DNA from: Eubacteriales bacterium
GTDB taxonomy: Bacteria; Bacillota; Clostridia; Lachnospirales; Lachnospiraceae
DNA length: 64,000 nt
Direction of reading: 5' to 3'
Assembly: GCA_030526295.1 (NCBI GenBank)
Contig: JAUNDA010000003.1
Span: 167-64,166 of the forward strand
A program made the position numbers and the translations under genes. Below, piece by piece: positions 43,961-52,525 of this stretch. The notes beneath the pieces are model-generated. The model made no database searches. It was not told where the DNA came from and saw nothing but the letters and a program-made list of their open reading frames with translations. The first letter of the stretch is position 1. Each line of letters opens with the position of its first letter.

Positions 43961-46442
43961 CCTTACCGTCCCTCTCCTGTAATTTATAAAGTGTATATGC
44001 CATATCCGTATAGTTCCAGTGTGACATCCTGCTGAACATGCCATACGGGTAGTTTGCGATGTCAAGCTGTTCCTCGTAAAAGCTTTCAGTGTCCTGGTGT
44101 CCGCCGTTATAGCTTATGGCACAGATTTTAAAAAGCTCCTCCTCATACCCTTCGGAGCCGGCCTTCAGGAGTCTATCCTTAAAGTACCCGTTTTCCTCCG
44201 TCATCTCCTTAACCATCTTCACAAAGGCATAGACATAGACCGCTGCCGTCTCGTCATTTAAGATTCTCATGGAACGTCTTATGCACGCCATTCGTCCGGT
44301 GTCATCTGCCGCATGGCATATGGGCTTATAGATTTCCTCCCCGAGACCCACGGCATACCTTTCTATATCAAGTGCCGTCGATGGTCTCATCTGTATCGAG
44401 CCGATTGACAGGTCATGTCTTCCCTTAAAAAGGATAAGTGCGGCAGCACAGACATTTTCAGCAATGAGCCTTGGGATGGTGCTGTTAATGTAGTCGGGGA
44501 AAAGGATTCCAACTGCAAATGAAGCATTACCCTCCGGCACGCCCTTTTCTACGAGTATTTTCTTTAGCTTATCCGCCTTCCGTGCAGCACGCTTAATGCT
44601 TCCCTCGTGTCTTTCAATGTACATATCCGCAGGAAGTGCCCTTCTGTAGGAGTGCTTTATGTTCTCTTCATTTTTATTCGGGAAGATGAGGTGCGTGATA
44701 TTCATGTCGAATACCCTCGAATAGCTTGAATCCGGAGAAAAGCCTGCAAGGATTTTTTCTGAAAGCTCAATAACCTCAGGCCTTTCCGACTGCTTTATCC
44801 TTCCGATAAAGTCAACCGTGTCACCGTCATCCATTATCGTGATGCTAAAATTACCGTCAAGTGCCAGAACCCTCATGTCAACCGTTACATTTCCCTTTTC
44901 ACGGTTAAGGTAAAGAAGGCTTCTGTTATATTCCTCGGTAAGAAGCGATGCCTTTACGGCATAGTTTTTAAGCTCGCTGTTTTCGTGGAAAATGTTGTAA
45001 ATTCTCTCACTTATCTCTGACATAGCGCTTTCCGTAAGCTTATATGAGCATGCGACAAGCTCCTCCTCGCTCTCCTCTCCGAAAACGACCTTTGATTTTC
45101 CTATTACCCATGTCTCAGCGCAGAGGATAAGGAACGCTGCGATGATTCTTCCAAGCATCATTCCCTTAAAGCCGCCAACGAGTGCCCCGAGTGCAAGGCC
45201 TGCCATTACAAATAGGTTATTGCTTACATTGAACTTGTCTGCAAGACGGTTTCTCTTTGTTGCGATTGCAAAGGCACTAATCATGTTACTGAGGTAGTTG
45301 ATGATAAGTGTCACGCCCGCACAGCCAAGAAAGAACGGCATCATCTGTAAAACGGCGCTGTCCGTCACCTTATACACAAGTCCTATGAGCGGATTCATCA
45401 AAACCGCGAGTATCACAAAAACGATACCAAACACCAGCTCGACGACCACCGAAAGACGCAGTATTCCCCTTGTTCCGTAAATGTCCCCGTCAGCATAATA
45501 GAAGGTTGTAATCTGCGAAAACGAGGACTGGATCGGAAGAATGAGCGACTCGTAAATCGCATAGATTGAAAGCACGATTCCGTTGCAGGCAAGTGCAGTA
45601 AGGCCGCCTGTTGAAATAAGGAGCTTATTGAACAAAACTCCCATAACGGCATAGAGGCTGTCATCAAGTGCAAATACCCTGCCTATTGATATCTCCTCCT
45701 GCACATAGCCCCTTAGCTCCTTGCGGTTTTTGATAACAGAGAAGTCGGGGCGGATTGTACATTTGTCATTAAAGTAATATGAAAGTGACCAGCCGTAGCT
45801 AAGAAGCATTGCGGCGCTTGAGGCAACCGAAAGGCCCATGATTCCGCTCTTAAATGCAAGCACTGCCACATAGTTAAAGATGAGGTTTAATACATTTGTG
45901 AGCACGCCCCTTACAGCAAAGAACGAGGAATTTCCGTCAGTGTTAAAGCCCCTCTCAAGACAGAAGGCTGCCTTTGCAAACGGAATCGCCATTGCATACG
46001 GAATGTAATACTTAATGGCATCCGCAATAAGTGTCGGGTCAACCGAAAAAAAGCTTAAAATCGGGCGGATAAAGGCAATGATTAGCCCGTACATAAAAAG
46101 GTATCCGAAGAACTGGTGGAAAACGATTGCCGCAAAGGCCCTCTTTGCCTTGCCGCTTTCACCAAGACCCTTGTACCTTGTGATTACCGTGCTGATTCCA
46201 CTTATAAAGAAATCATGGAAAATGAAATCTATGAAAATGATCGGGTTAAGAAGTGCAATTGCCTGAACTGCGTCTATGCCGATATATCTTGCAGCTACAA
46301 GCGAATCGAAAAACGTGATGAGAATGAGGCTTAGCTGTGATGTCATGTTGGGCACAAGGTACTTCCTGTAAATCCTGCCAAGAAGCCTCGTGTTTCTGTT
46401 CTCAATCTCTGACTTAAATCTTTTATCAAATGAATATTCCAT
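43950..46442 (-). CDS. MATE/MOP-family transporter fused to a GHKL (anti-sigma-kinase-like) domain and a ~240-aa unknown C-terminal domain
   Basis: Start at ATG 46442 (MEYSFDKRF). It has about 12 TM segments over ~460 aa, then LLTEEYNRSLLY ... SITIMDDGDTVDF (coordinates ~44678-45059), then an unassigned domain (43953-44677). Confidence 0.75.
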   Translation of the reverse strand: MEYSFDKRFKSEIENRNTRLLGRIYRKYLVPNMTSQLSLILITFFDSLVAARYIGIDAVQAIALLNPIIFIDFIFHDFFISGISTVITRYKGLGESGKAKRAFAAIVFHQFFGYLFMYGLIIAFIRPILSFFSVDPTLIADAIKYYIPYAMAIPFAKAAFCLERGFNTDGNSSFFAVRGVLTNVLNLIFNYVAVLAFKSGIMGLSVASSAAMLLSYGWSLSYYFNDKCTIRPDFSVIKNRKELRGYVQEEISIGRVFALDDSLYAVMGVLFNKLLISTGGLTALACNGIVLSIYAIYESLILPIQSSFSQITTFYYADGDIYGTRGILRLSVVVELVFGIVFVILAVLMNPLIGLVYKVTDSAVLQMMPFFLGCAGVTLIINYLSNMISAFAIATKRNRLADKFNVSNNLFVMAGLALGALVGGFKGMMLGRIIAAFLILCAETWVIGKSKVVFGEESEEELVACSYKLTESAMSEISERIYNIFHENSELKNYAVKASLLTEEYNRSLLYLNREKGNVTVDMRVLALDGNFSITIMDDGDTVDFIGRIKQSERPEVIELSEKILAGFSPDSSYSRVFDMNITHLIFPNKNEENIKHSYRRALPADMYIERHEGSIKRAARKADKLKKILVEKGVPEGNASFAVGILFPDYINSTIPRLIAENVCAAALILFKGRHDLSIGSIQMRPSTALDIERYAVGLGEEIYKPICHAADDTGRMACIRRSMRILNDETAAVYVYAFVKMVKEMTEENGYFKDRLLKAGSEGYEEELFKICAISYNGGHQDTESFYEEQLDIANYPYGMFSRMSHWNYTDMAYTLYKLQERDGKDGE

Positions 46443-46752
46443 TATGAATACCTTTTCCAACTGCTTTATGTTTATGAAAATCCCGGGTTGACCTGGTGCC
46501 TTAATCCTTGTCGGGCCACCCGCGCAAATGCAAACCAAAATAACTCATAATAATATTACCATCAATAGCCTTATAATTAAAGTCCAATAATCAATTCACT
46601 GTTAATGTATTCATTCCGAAGGTTTTTCATGGCTTAATTCCATTTCTGAAATTACAACAGACCGGTTTCCCGAAAACCCAAAATTATTATTTTTATTATT
46701 CCTCCGATATGATACTATTATTTTGAAAACTTACAGGGTAAAGGACATCATT

Positions 46753-47496
46753 ATGGATAGACTTGATTATTTAAAAGAGCTTGAGGAAAAATACTGGGAC
46801 AGATGGGTTAACCGCATTCTCCCCTCGACAGAAAAGGTCACAACGAGAAGGATGCAGTATGACTCTGTTCCGAAGACAAATGAAGAATACTATGGTGTTC
46901 ACCTTGACTATGTCAGATACAGGGAGATTGAGCTCCTTAGCGAGGAGCTTAAAAGAACCGGTACCGGGGGAAGTGTTGCCGAGGTAGGTGTTGAGTTTGG
47001 TTACACAAGCGAGATACTTAACAGGATTTTCCCTGAATCAACGCTTTACCTCTATGATTCCTTTGAGGGCTTTGACAAAGAGCACATAGGACTTGAGGAG
47101 AACAGGTTCGACCTTCCAGAGGGCTACTCAGAGGCCTGGACTAGTCTTCGCCCAACTCCGGATGATGCTGCAGAGCTTGTTAAAAACCGACTCCCGTATC
47201 CAGAGAAGGCAGTTATCAGAAAGGGCTTTTTCCCTGGAACAGCACTTGAAAATGATACTGATGAAAAATTCAAATTCGTAATTCTTGATGTCGACCTTTA
47301 TAAAACAACACTTGAGGGTCTCCTCTTCTTTTACCCGAGACTCACAACCGGCGGTTATATCATGGTGCATGATTACAACACCGACTTTTTCAAGGGAATC
47401 CATGACGCGGTAAACGAGGCAGAGGAAACACTCGGAAGGCTTGTGAGAATTCCGATTACAGATGAGGGCGGTTCCCTTGTCATACAGAAGCTATAA
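46753..47496 (+). CDS. TylF/MycF-type (macrocin) O-methyltransferase family protein
   Basis: Start at ATG 46753 (AAGGA RBS). VAEVGVEFGYTSEIL ... LYDSFEGF ... FVILDVDLYKTTLEGLLFFYPRLTTGGYIMVHDY matches the family pattern. Confidence 0.8.
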   Translation: MDRLDYLKELEEKYWDRWVNRILPSTEKVTTRRMQYDSVPKTNEEYYGVHLDYVRYREIELLSEELKRTGTGGSVAEVGVEFGYTSEILNRIFPESTLYLYDSFEGFDKEHIGLEENRFDLPEGYSEAWTSLRPTPDDAAELVKNRLPYPEKAVIRKGFFPGTALENDTDEKFKFVILDVDLYKTTLEGLLFFYPRLTTGGYIMVHDYNTDFFKGIHDAVNEAEETLGRLVRIPITDEGGSLVIQKL

Positions 47497-47500
47497 AAAG

Positions 47501-47541
47501 AAGCCCTTTGGAGCACAATAAAACTCCGAAGGGCTTTTTTC
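47501..47541. terminator. Bidirectional intrinsic terminator
   Basis: A 13-bp stem, AAGCCCTTTGGAG / CTCCGAAGGGCTT, with a T-run on the plus strand and AAAAAG upstream (a U-run for the minus strand). Confidence 0.7.
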
Positions 47542-47565
47542 TTTGTGATTACGTTATTTAGGTAT

Positions 47566-47631
47566 GGATTCGTCAGAGAGACCTCGCGCAACCAAGCTTT
47601 GCTTAAGCGCGAACGGTCCTCTGACGAATCC
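47566..47631. repeat. Long imperfect inverted repeat (about 23 bp per arm)
   Basis: GGATTCGTCAGAGAGACCTCGCGC (47566-47589) pairs with GCGCGAACGGTCCTCTGACGAATCC (47607-47631). The arm end is repeated directly at 47659-47670. Confidence 0.6.
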
Positions 47632-47761
47632 TTAATCTCTGTCTGTCTTCACTTATTATCTGACGAATCCGCTTAATTATCATCTCTCATCACATCTAAT
47701 CTGACAAATGCACAGAGGAAATCCTTATTACAATTAACTATCGATATCTTCCTGCGTGTCA

Positions 47762-48415
47762 TTAGACCTGCATGCTTGTCAGTACATCTTCTAGTTCAGC
47801 CACTGAATACACATGATACGATGCAGCTTTAAGCTCCTCTTCGCTTCCGTAACCATAATGGCAGGCTACCGTCGCATAGCCGTTCCTTAATCCTGCCTCA
47901 AGGTCTCCAATTTTATCTCCAATAAAGCAGTATTTCCCGGGATACTCCGCTCTTATTATCTCGAAAATTTCCGTCTTTGAAAGCCCAGGGTATTCGCCCG
48001 ATGCATAGAACCTGTCAAAATACCTTTTAAGGTCAAAGGCGTTCATATGTGCATCCTTATAGATGGTGGGGCAATTTGAAAGAATGAGAAGCGTATGACC
48101 CATGGACTTAAGCTTTCCTAAAAGCTCCTCTATCCCGTCAAAAAGCTCTGCCTCCCTTTCCATCGCACCTTTTATGAGGCCCTCGCCGACCATCTTTATC
48201 GCCCTTTTGTGAACCTCCGAAGGCGCCTCCGGAATGACCTCCATCCACATCTCATCCGCCCTCATCCCAAGAAACCGCTTTAATGTTTCATCGTCATCCT
48301 TTACCTTGGGCACATATCCCTCGGCTTTAAGCCTCTCAAAGGCCTTCCTCACGGAGCTGCCGTAAAGCTTAAGACAGTCATAGCAGGTACCGTCATAATC
48401 AAAGATCATTATCAT
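47762..48415 (-). CDS. HAD-superfamily phosphatase, last gene of the rib operon
   Basis: 217 aa with HAD motif I (FDYDGT), motif II (LSN) and motif IV (GDKIGD). The start overlaps the ribH stop by 4 nt. Confidence 0.8.
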   Translation of the reverse strand: MIMIFDYDGTCYDCLKLYGSSVRKAFERLKAEGYVPKVKDDDETLKRFLGMRADEMWMEVIPEAPSEVHKRAIKMVGEGLIKGAMEREAELFDGIEELLGKLKSMGHTLLILSNCPTIYKDAHMNAFDLKRYFDRFYASGEYPGLSKTEIFEIIRAEYPGKYCFIGDKIGDLEAGLRNGYATVACHYGYGSEEELKAASYHVYSVAELEDVLTSMQV

Positions 48416-48885
48416 GACATTGCCTTAATTACGTTAACCATCTCAATTGCACCAAGTGCGCACTCATAGCCCTTGTTGCCTGCCTTTGAACCTGATCTCT
48501 CAATTGCCTGCTCAATGTTTTCTGTTGCGATTACACCAAACATTACAGGGATTCCCGACTTCATGCTAACCTGTGCGATTCCCTTTGTTGTCTCATTTAC
48601 CACAAGGTCATAGTGTGTTGTCGAACCACGGATAACTGCTCCGACACAGATGACTGCATCGTACTTTCCTGAGTTTGCCATTTTCTCTGCAACAACAGGA
48701 ATCTCAAATGCACCCGGTACCCAGCATGCGTCGATGTTCTCATCACAGACACCGTGACGTACAAGTCCGTCAACAGCACCGTCAAGAAGCTTTTCAACGA
48801 TAAAGCTGTTAAAACGTGATGCGATGATTCCAACCCTCATTCCCTCGGGTGCTATTACCTTACCTTCAAACATATTGATAGCCAT
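48412..48885 (-). CDS. ribH: 6,7-dimethyl-8-ribityllumazine synthase
   Basis: 157 aa with the typical RibH sequence ([18 protein letters not shown] ... VPGAFEIP ... [12 protein letters not shown]). Confidence 0.95.
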   Translation of the reverse strand: MAINMFEGKVIAPEGMRVGIIASRFNSFIVEKLLDGAVDGLVRHGVCDENIDACWVPGAFEIPVVAEKMANSGKYDAVICVGAVIRGSTTHYDLVVNETTKGIAQVSMKSGIPVMFGVIATENIEQAIERSGSKAGNKGYECALGAIEMVNVIKAMS

Positions 48886-49044
48886 AATTTTTCTCCTTTA
48901 TATTTCGTTTCTCTTATTTTGTATAATTTCACAGGTTTTTATTTTTTCAAAATCCGCCGCCTGATACTGACCTTTACTCAGCCTTTGCTTAAATTCTTTT
49001 CCCGTGCGTAATTTGCCCTGTTTAATCGGCTTAGTTTAAATGTT

Positions 49045-50259
49045 TTAATTCAGTTTGATCTGCTTGAAAATGTGCCCCATCTTCTCCTGCTTTGTCTTAA
49101 GGTAGTGTCTGTCATACATGCCTGGCTCAATCTCAATCGGAACCCTTTCGACAATTTCAAAATCAAAGCCCTCAAGGCCGTATACCTTGCTTGGGTTGTT
49201 TGTCATGAGACGAAGCGTCTTAACACCAAGGTCCTGCAGAATCTGTGCACCGTTCCAGTATTCGCGAAGGTCTGGAGCAAAGCCAAGCTCAATGTTTGCC
49301 TCAACAGTATCGCGGCCGTTCTCCTGGAGCTCATATGCCTTAAGCTTATTGATGAGGCCAATGCCCCTTCCCTCCTGGCGCATGTAGAGGATTATTCCCC
49401 TGCCCTCCTTCTGGACCATCTCCATCGCTGTACGAAGCTGTGCCCCGCAGTCACATCTTCCAGAGCCAAACACATCACCCGTAAGGCACTCGGAGTGGAC
49501 ACGGCAGAGGATGTTTTCACCATCTGAAATATCACCGCAGATAAGGGCAACGTGATGCTCGCCCGTAATGTCATTTACATAGCCGTTAATCCTGAAATCA
49601 CCATATGCAGTCGGAAGCTTTGCACTTGCCTCCCTTACCATATGCTGCTCATAGCGTCTTAAATAATCCTGAAGGTCCTTTATTGTGATAAACACGAGAC
49701 CATGCTCAATGCTAAGCTTCTGAAGCTCTGAAGTACGCATCATCGTTCCGTCGTCGCGCATGATTTCACAGCAGATACCACACTCTGTGAGTCCTGCTAG
49801 CCTGCAAAGGTCTACAGTTGCCTCGGTATGTCCGTTTCTTACAAGCACTCCGCCATGTCTTGAAACAAGCGGGAAAACATGTCCCGGACGCCTTAATTCC
49901 GAAGGCTTAGTATTTTCATCGCAGCACATACGGCATGTGTAGCCCCTTTCCTCGGCGCTGATGCCTGTTGTTGTATTCACATGGTCGATTGATACGGTAA
50001 ATGCAGTGCAGTGGCTTTCCGTATTTTCCGGCACCATCTGCTGCAGGTTAAGCCTGTGAGCAATTTCCGAGGACATCGGAGTACAGATAAGTCCCCTTCC
50101 GTACTTAGCCATAAAGTTGATGTTTTCAGTTGTTGCAAACTCACTAGCACAGATAAAGTCGCCCTCGTTTTCCCTGTCGGGATCGTCTGTACACATTACT
50201 ATCTTTCCCTGTCTTATTGCCTCAATGGCCTCAGGCACAGTGTTATACTTAAATTCCAT
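49045..50259 (-). CDS. ribBA: Bifunctional 3,4-dihydroxy-2-butanone-4-phosphate synthase / GTP cyclohydrolase II
   Basis: 404 aa. The DHBP synthase half shows [11 protein letters not shown] and the GCH-II half shows [20 protein letters not shown]. Confidence 0.95.
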   Translation of the reverse strand: MEFKYNTVPEAIEAIRQGKIVMCTDDPDRENEGDFICASEFATTENINFMAKYGRGLICTPMSSEIAHRLNLQQMVPENTESHCTAFTVSIDHVNTTTGISAEERGYTCRMCCDENTKPSELRRPGHVFPLVSRHGGVLVRNGHTEATVDLCRLAGLTECGICCEIMRDDGTMMRTSELQKLSIEHGLVFITIKDLQDYLRRYEQHMVREASAKLPTAYGDFRINGYVNDITGEHHVALICGDISDGENILCRVHSECLTGDVFGSGRCDCGAQLRTAMEMVQKEGRGIILYMRQEGRGIGLINKLKAYELQENGRDTVEANIELGFAPDLREYWNGAQILQDLGVKTLRLMTNNPSKVYGLEGFDFEIVERVPIEIEPGMYDRHYLKTKQEKMGHIFKQIKLN

Positions 50260-50275
50260 AGCTTAACTTCCTTTC

Positions 50276-50947
50276 TTAAAATCCGTTTTCTCTTAAAAAT
50301 TCAAGGGTTATTCCCTTATTCTGCTTTTCCTGTCTGTTGTCCTCTGCCTCACGGCTAACATTTAGACCAAGAAGCCTCTCTACATATTTACCGACTATGT
50401 CATTTTCGAGGTTAACCGGGTCTCCCGGCTTCTTTCTTAGAAGAATCGTTTCCTCTCCCGTATGCGGGATAATGGATACCGAGAAGCTGTCCTTACTTAG
50501 TCTCGCAACCGTAAGCGAAATACCGTCAATGGCAATCGAGCCCTTTTCAACGATGAGTCTCAGAATTTCCTGCGGGGCACCGATTGTCACCCAGACTGCA
50601 TTTCCCTCCTTATGCGTTTCGCGAATGTATCCGACACCGTCGATGTGTCCCGATACTATGTGGCCACCGAACCTTCCGCCTGCAGCCATCGCCCTCTCCA
50701 GGTTTACGGGGCTTCCGGTCACAAGCTTTCCTAGGTTACTTCTCCTTAAAGTGACAGGCATTACGTCTGCCATAAAGCCGTCAGCGTGAAGCCTTGTGAC
50801 TGTGAGGCATACACCGTTTACCGCAATGGAATCACCAACCAGTGTTCCCTCAAGCACCCTTTTGGCACCTATTCGTATCTCTCCGGAGTCATGCCCTGAT
50901 ACGACATTCTTTACAAATCCGGTTTCTTCAATTATTCCTGTAAACAT
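50276..50947 (-). CDS. ribE: Riboflavin synthase (alpha subunit)
   Basis: 223 aa. MFTGIIEETG opens the protein, and the duplicated GDSIAVNGVCLTV / GSIAIDGISLTV barrels are present. Confidence 0.93.
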   Translation of the reverse strand: MFTGIIEETGFVKNVVSGHDSGEIRIGAKRVLEGTLVGDSIAVNGVCLTVTRLHADGFMADVMPVTLRRSNLGKLVTGSPVNLERAMAAGGRFGGHIVSGHIDGVGYIRETHKEGNAVWVTIGAPQEILRLIVEKGSIAIDGISLTVARLSKDSFSVSIIPHTGEETILLRKKPGDPVNLENDIVGKYVERLLGLNVSREAEDNRQEKQNKGITLEFLRENGF

Positions 50948-52090
50948 TTATTCCTCCACACAGTCATACTCAAGCAGGATGTCGTCTCCAAGCATGGTAG
51001 TATTCATGTTAAAAAGCCTTAAGGCGTCTCCTGGCTCGTCTATGCCTAGTCCCCCAACGGGGCCCTTTGCATCCCTTCCGCCAAAGATCTTTGGTGCAAT
51101 GTAGCAGCATACATGGTTAACTAGCTTTTCCCTCATAAGCGACTCATGAACCTCACCGCCGCCTTCCACGAGGACGCTGTCAATTTTCCTTCTTCCAAGC
51201 TCCTCCATAAGCATTCTTATGTTAACTCTTCCGTCATTTCCAGGGATATATAGGAGCTCGACTCCCTTTTCCTTAAGCAGTTCCTTTTTCCTTTTGATGT
51301 CATCGCTTAAATCCTCCACTGCATAAACCACAAGTGTCGGATATTCGACTGCCGTATCAACAAGCCTTGAATCCTCCGGGATTCTTAATTTCGAGTCAAG
51401 GACTATCCTTAGCGGCTGGTGTACTGCCGTGTTTGCCACAATGTCTCCTGCAGCCATATCCGTCCCAGTGTTCCTTGCGTTAAGCATCGGATTGTCAGCG
51501 AGCACTGTTCCGATTCCGCACATGATGGCCGCGTACCTGGCCCTTAGCCTGTGCACATGGCTTCTTGCCGCCTCTCCGGTAATCCATTTGCTTTTGCCTG
51601 TCCTTGTTGCGATTTTTCCGTCAAGCGTCATCGCATATTTCATTACAACATATGGCATTCCAGTACTGATGTAGTGAAAGAAAACGGGATTAAGCTTATC
51701 ACACTCATCCTTAAGCACATTCTCAAAAACCTCAATGCCGTGCTCTCTAAGTATCTTCACTCCTCCGCCTGAAACCTTCGGGTTCGGATCCCTCGAGCCG
51801 ATGAAAACCCTTGCGATTTTGTGCTCTATAATCGCTTCCGTGCACGGCGGTGTTTTTCCGTAGTGGCAGCAGGGTTCAAGTGTCACATACATGTCAGCAC
51901 CCTCAGCATCCTCAGTAAGTGATAAAAAGGCATTCCTCTCCGCATGAAGCTCACCGTATTTTTTGTGGTAGCCCTCGCCGATAATCCTGCCATCCCTTAC
52001 AATAACGGCCCCGACCATCGGATTGGGATTAGTAAAGCCCGCACCCTTTTTAGCCAGCTCTATCGCTCGAAGCATGTATTTCTCGTCCAT
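50948..52090 (-). CDS. ribD: Bifunctional riboflavin biosynthesis deaminase/reductase
   Basis: Start moved to ATG 52090 (AGGAGA RBS). MDEKYMLRAIELAKKG opens the protein. The CMP/dCMP deaminase zinc motifs are HAERNA and PCCHYGKTPPC. Confidence 0.93.
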   Translation of the reverse strand: MDEKYMLRAIELAKKGAGFTNPNPMVGAVIVRDGRIIGEGYHKKYGELHAERNAFLSLTEDAEGADMYVTLEPCCHYGKTPPCTEAIIEHKIARVFIGSRDPNPKVSGGGVKILREHGIEVFENVLKDECDKLNPVFFHYISTGMPYVVMKYAMTLDGKIATRTGKSKWITGEAARSHVHRLRARYAAIMCGIGTVLADNPMLNARNTGTDMAAGDIVANTAVHQPLRIVLDSKLRIPEDSRLVDTAVEYPTLVVYAVEDLSDDIKRKKELLKEKGVELLYIPGNDGRVNIRMLMEELGRRKIDSVLVEGGGEVHESLMREKLVNHVCCYIAPKIFGGRDAKGPVGGLGIDEPGDALRLFNMNTTMLGDDILLEYDCVEE

Positions 52091-52234
52091 TAAAAATCTC
52101 CTGTATTTCGTGTTGTTTCTTATACATTCCATGGCTTTGTTCAGGCTGTTTTCCAAACCATGTTTAATGAAGCTCCTGCCGTTTAATGCCACTAAGGTGG
52201 CTGACACACCTGCGCTAACCCCCCCACCTGCATC

Positions 52235-52262
52235 AAAAAAGCCCCGTGGATATCCACAGGGC
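52235..52262 (-). terminator. Second intrinsic terminator in the rib leader
   Basis: Minus strand: GCCCUGUGG-AUAU-CCACGGGGC, a 9-bp stem followed by UUUUUUG. Confidence 0.55.
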
Positions 52263-52291
52263 GAATAGATGCGTTTCGGTTTTTACCGAAT

Positions 52292-52321
52292 AAAAAAGCA
52301 CTGAAACAATTGTTCCAGTGC
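52292..52321 (-). terminator. FMN riboswitch expression-platform terminator
   Basis: Minus strand: GCACUGGAACA-AUU-GUUUCAGUGC followed by UUUUUUAUU. It lies about 20 nt after the aptamer. Confidence 0.65.
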
Positions 52322-52339
52322 GTGCATACATTTATACAA

Positions 52340-52445
52340 CTTCTTTCATCCAGACTATACTGTCGGTTTCGGAGTTACACCGAATCTGCCAAACATGGCT
52401 CGCGGACTTTACCGCCGGTGGGGAATTACGCCCCGCCCTGAAGCT
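52340..52445 (-). promoter_or_regulatory. FMN riboswitch (RFN element) aptamer
   Basis: Minus strand: CUUCAGGGCGGGGCGUAAUUCCCCACCGGCGGUAAAGUCCGCGAGC ... GGUGUAACUCCGAAACCGACAGUAUAGUCUGGAUGAAAGAAG. This matches the conserved RFN core blocks. Confidence 0.9.
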
Positions 52446-52464
52446 AAATATTTAATTCGCGTGT

Positions 52465-52493
52465 ATATTATCACAATGAAATGCTGTTGTAAA
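52465..52493 (-). promoter_or_regulatory. Candidate promoter of the rib operon
   Basis: Minus strand: TTTACA (52493-52488), 17-nt spacer, TAATAT (52470-52465). Confidence 0.45.
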
Positions 52494-52525
52494 TAGTCAC
52501 ATGGTCTTTTTATTGATACATGAGC

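Noticed and set aside
43961-44065. N-terminal extensions from alternative upstream starts. Examples: methyltransferase 44065, MATE fusion 46538, eutA 3764, kdgK-like 21964, SBPs 12378 and 36153, uxaC 17892.
   Set aside because: The upstream starts overlap preceding genes or lie inside the Shine-Dalgarno sequence of a downstream ATG. The downstream ATG gives the family-typical N-terminus.
52091-52207. The 39-codon N-terminal extension of ribD proposed by the ORF track (GTG start at 52207).
   Set aside because: It has no RBS and no similarity to RibD. A strong AGGAGA RBS precedes ATG 52090, which gives the canonical MDEKYMLRAIELAKKG N-terminus.
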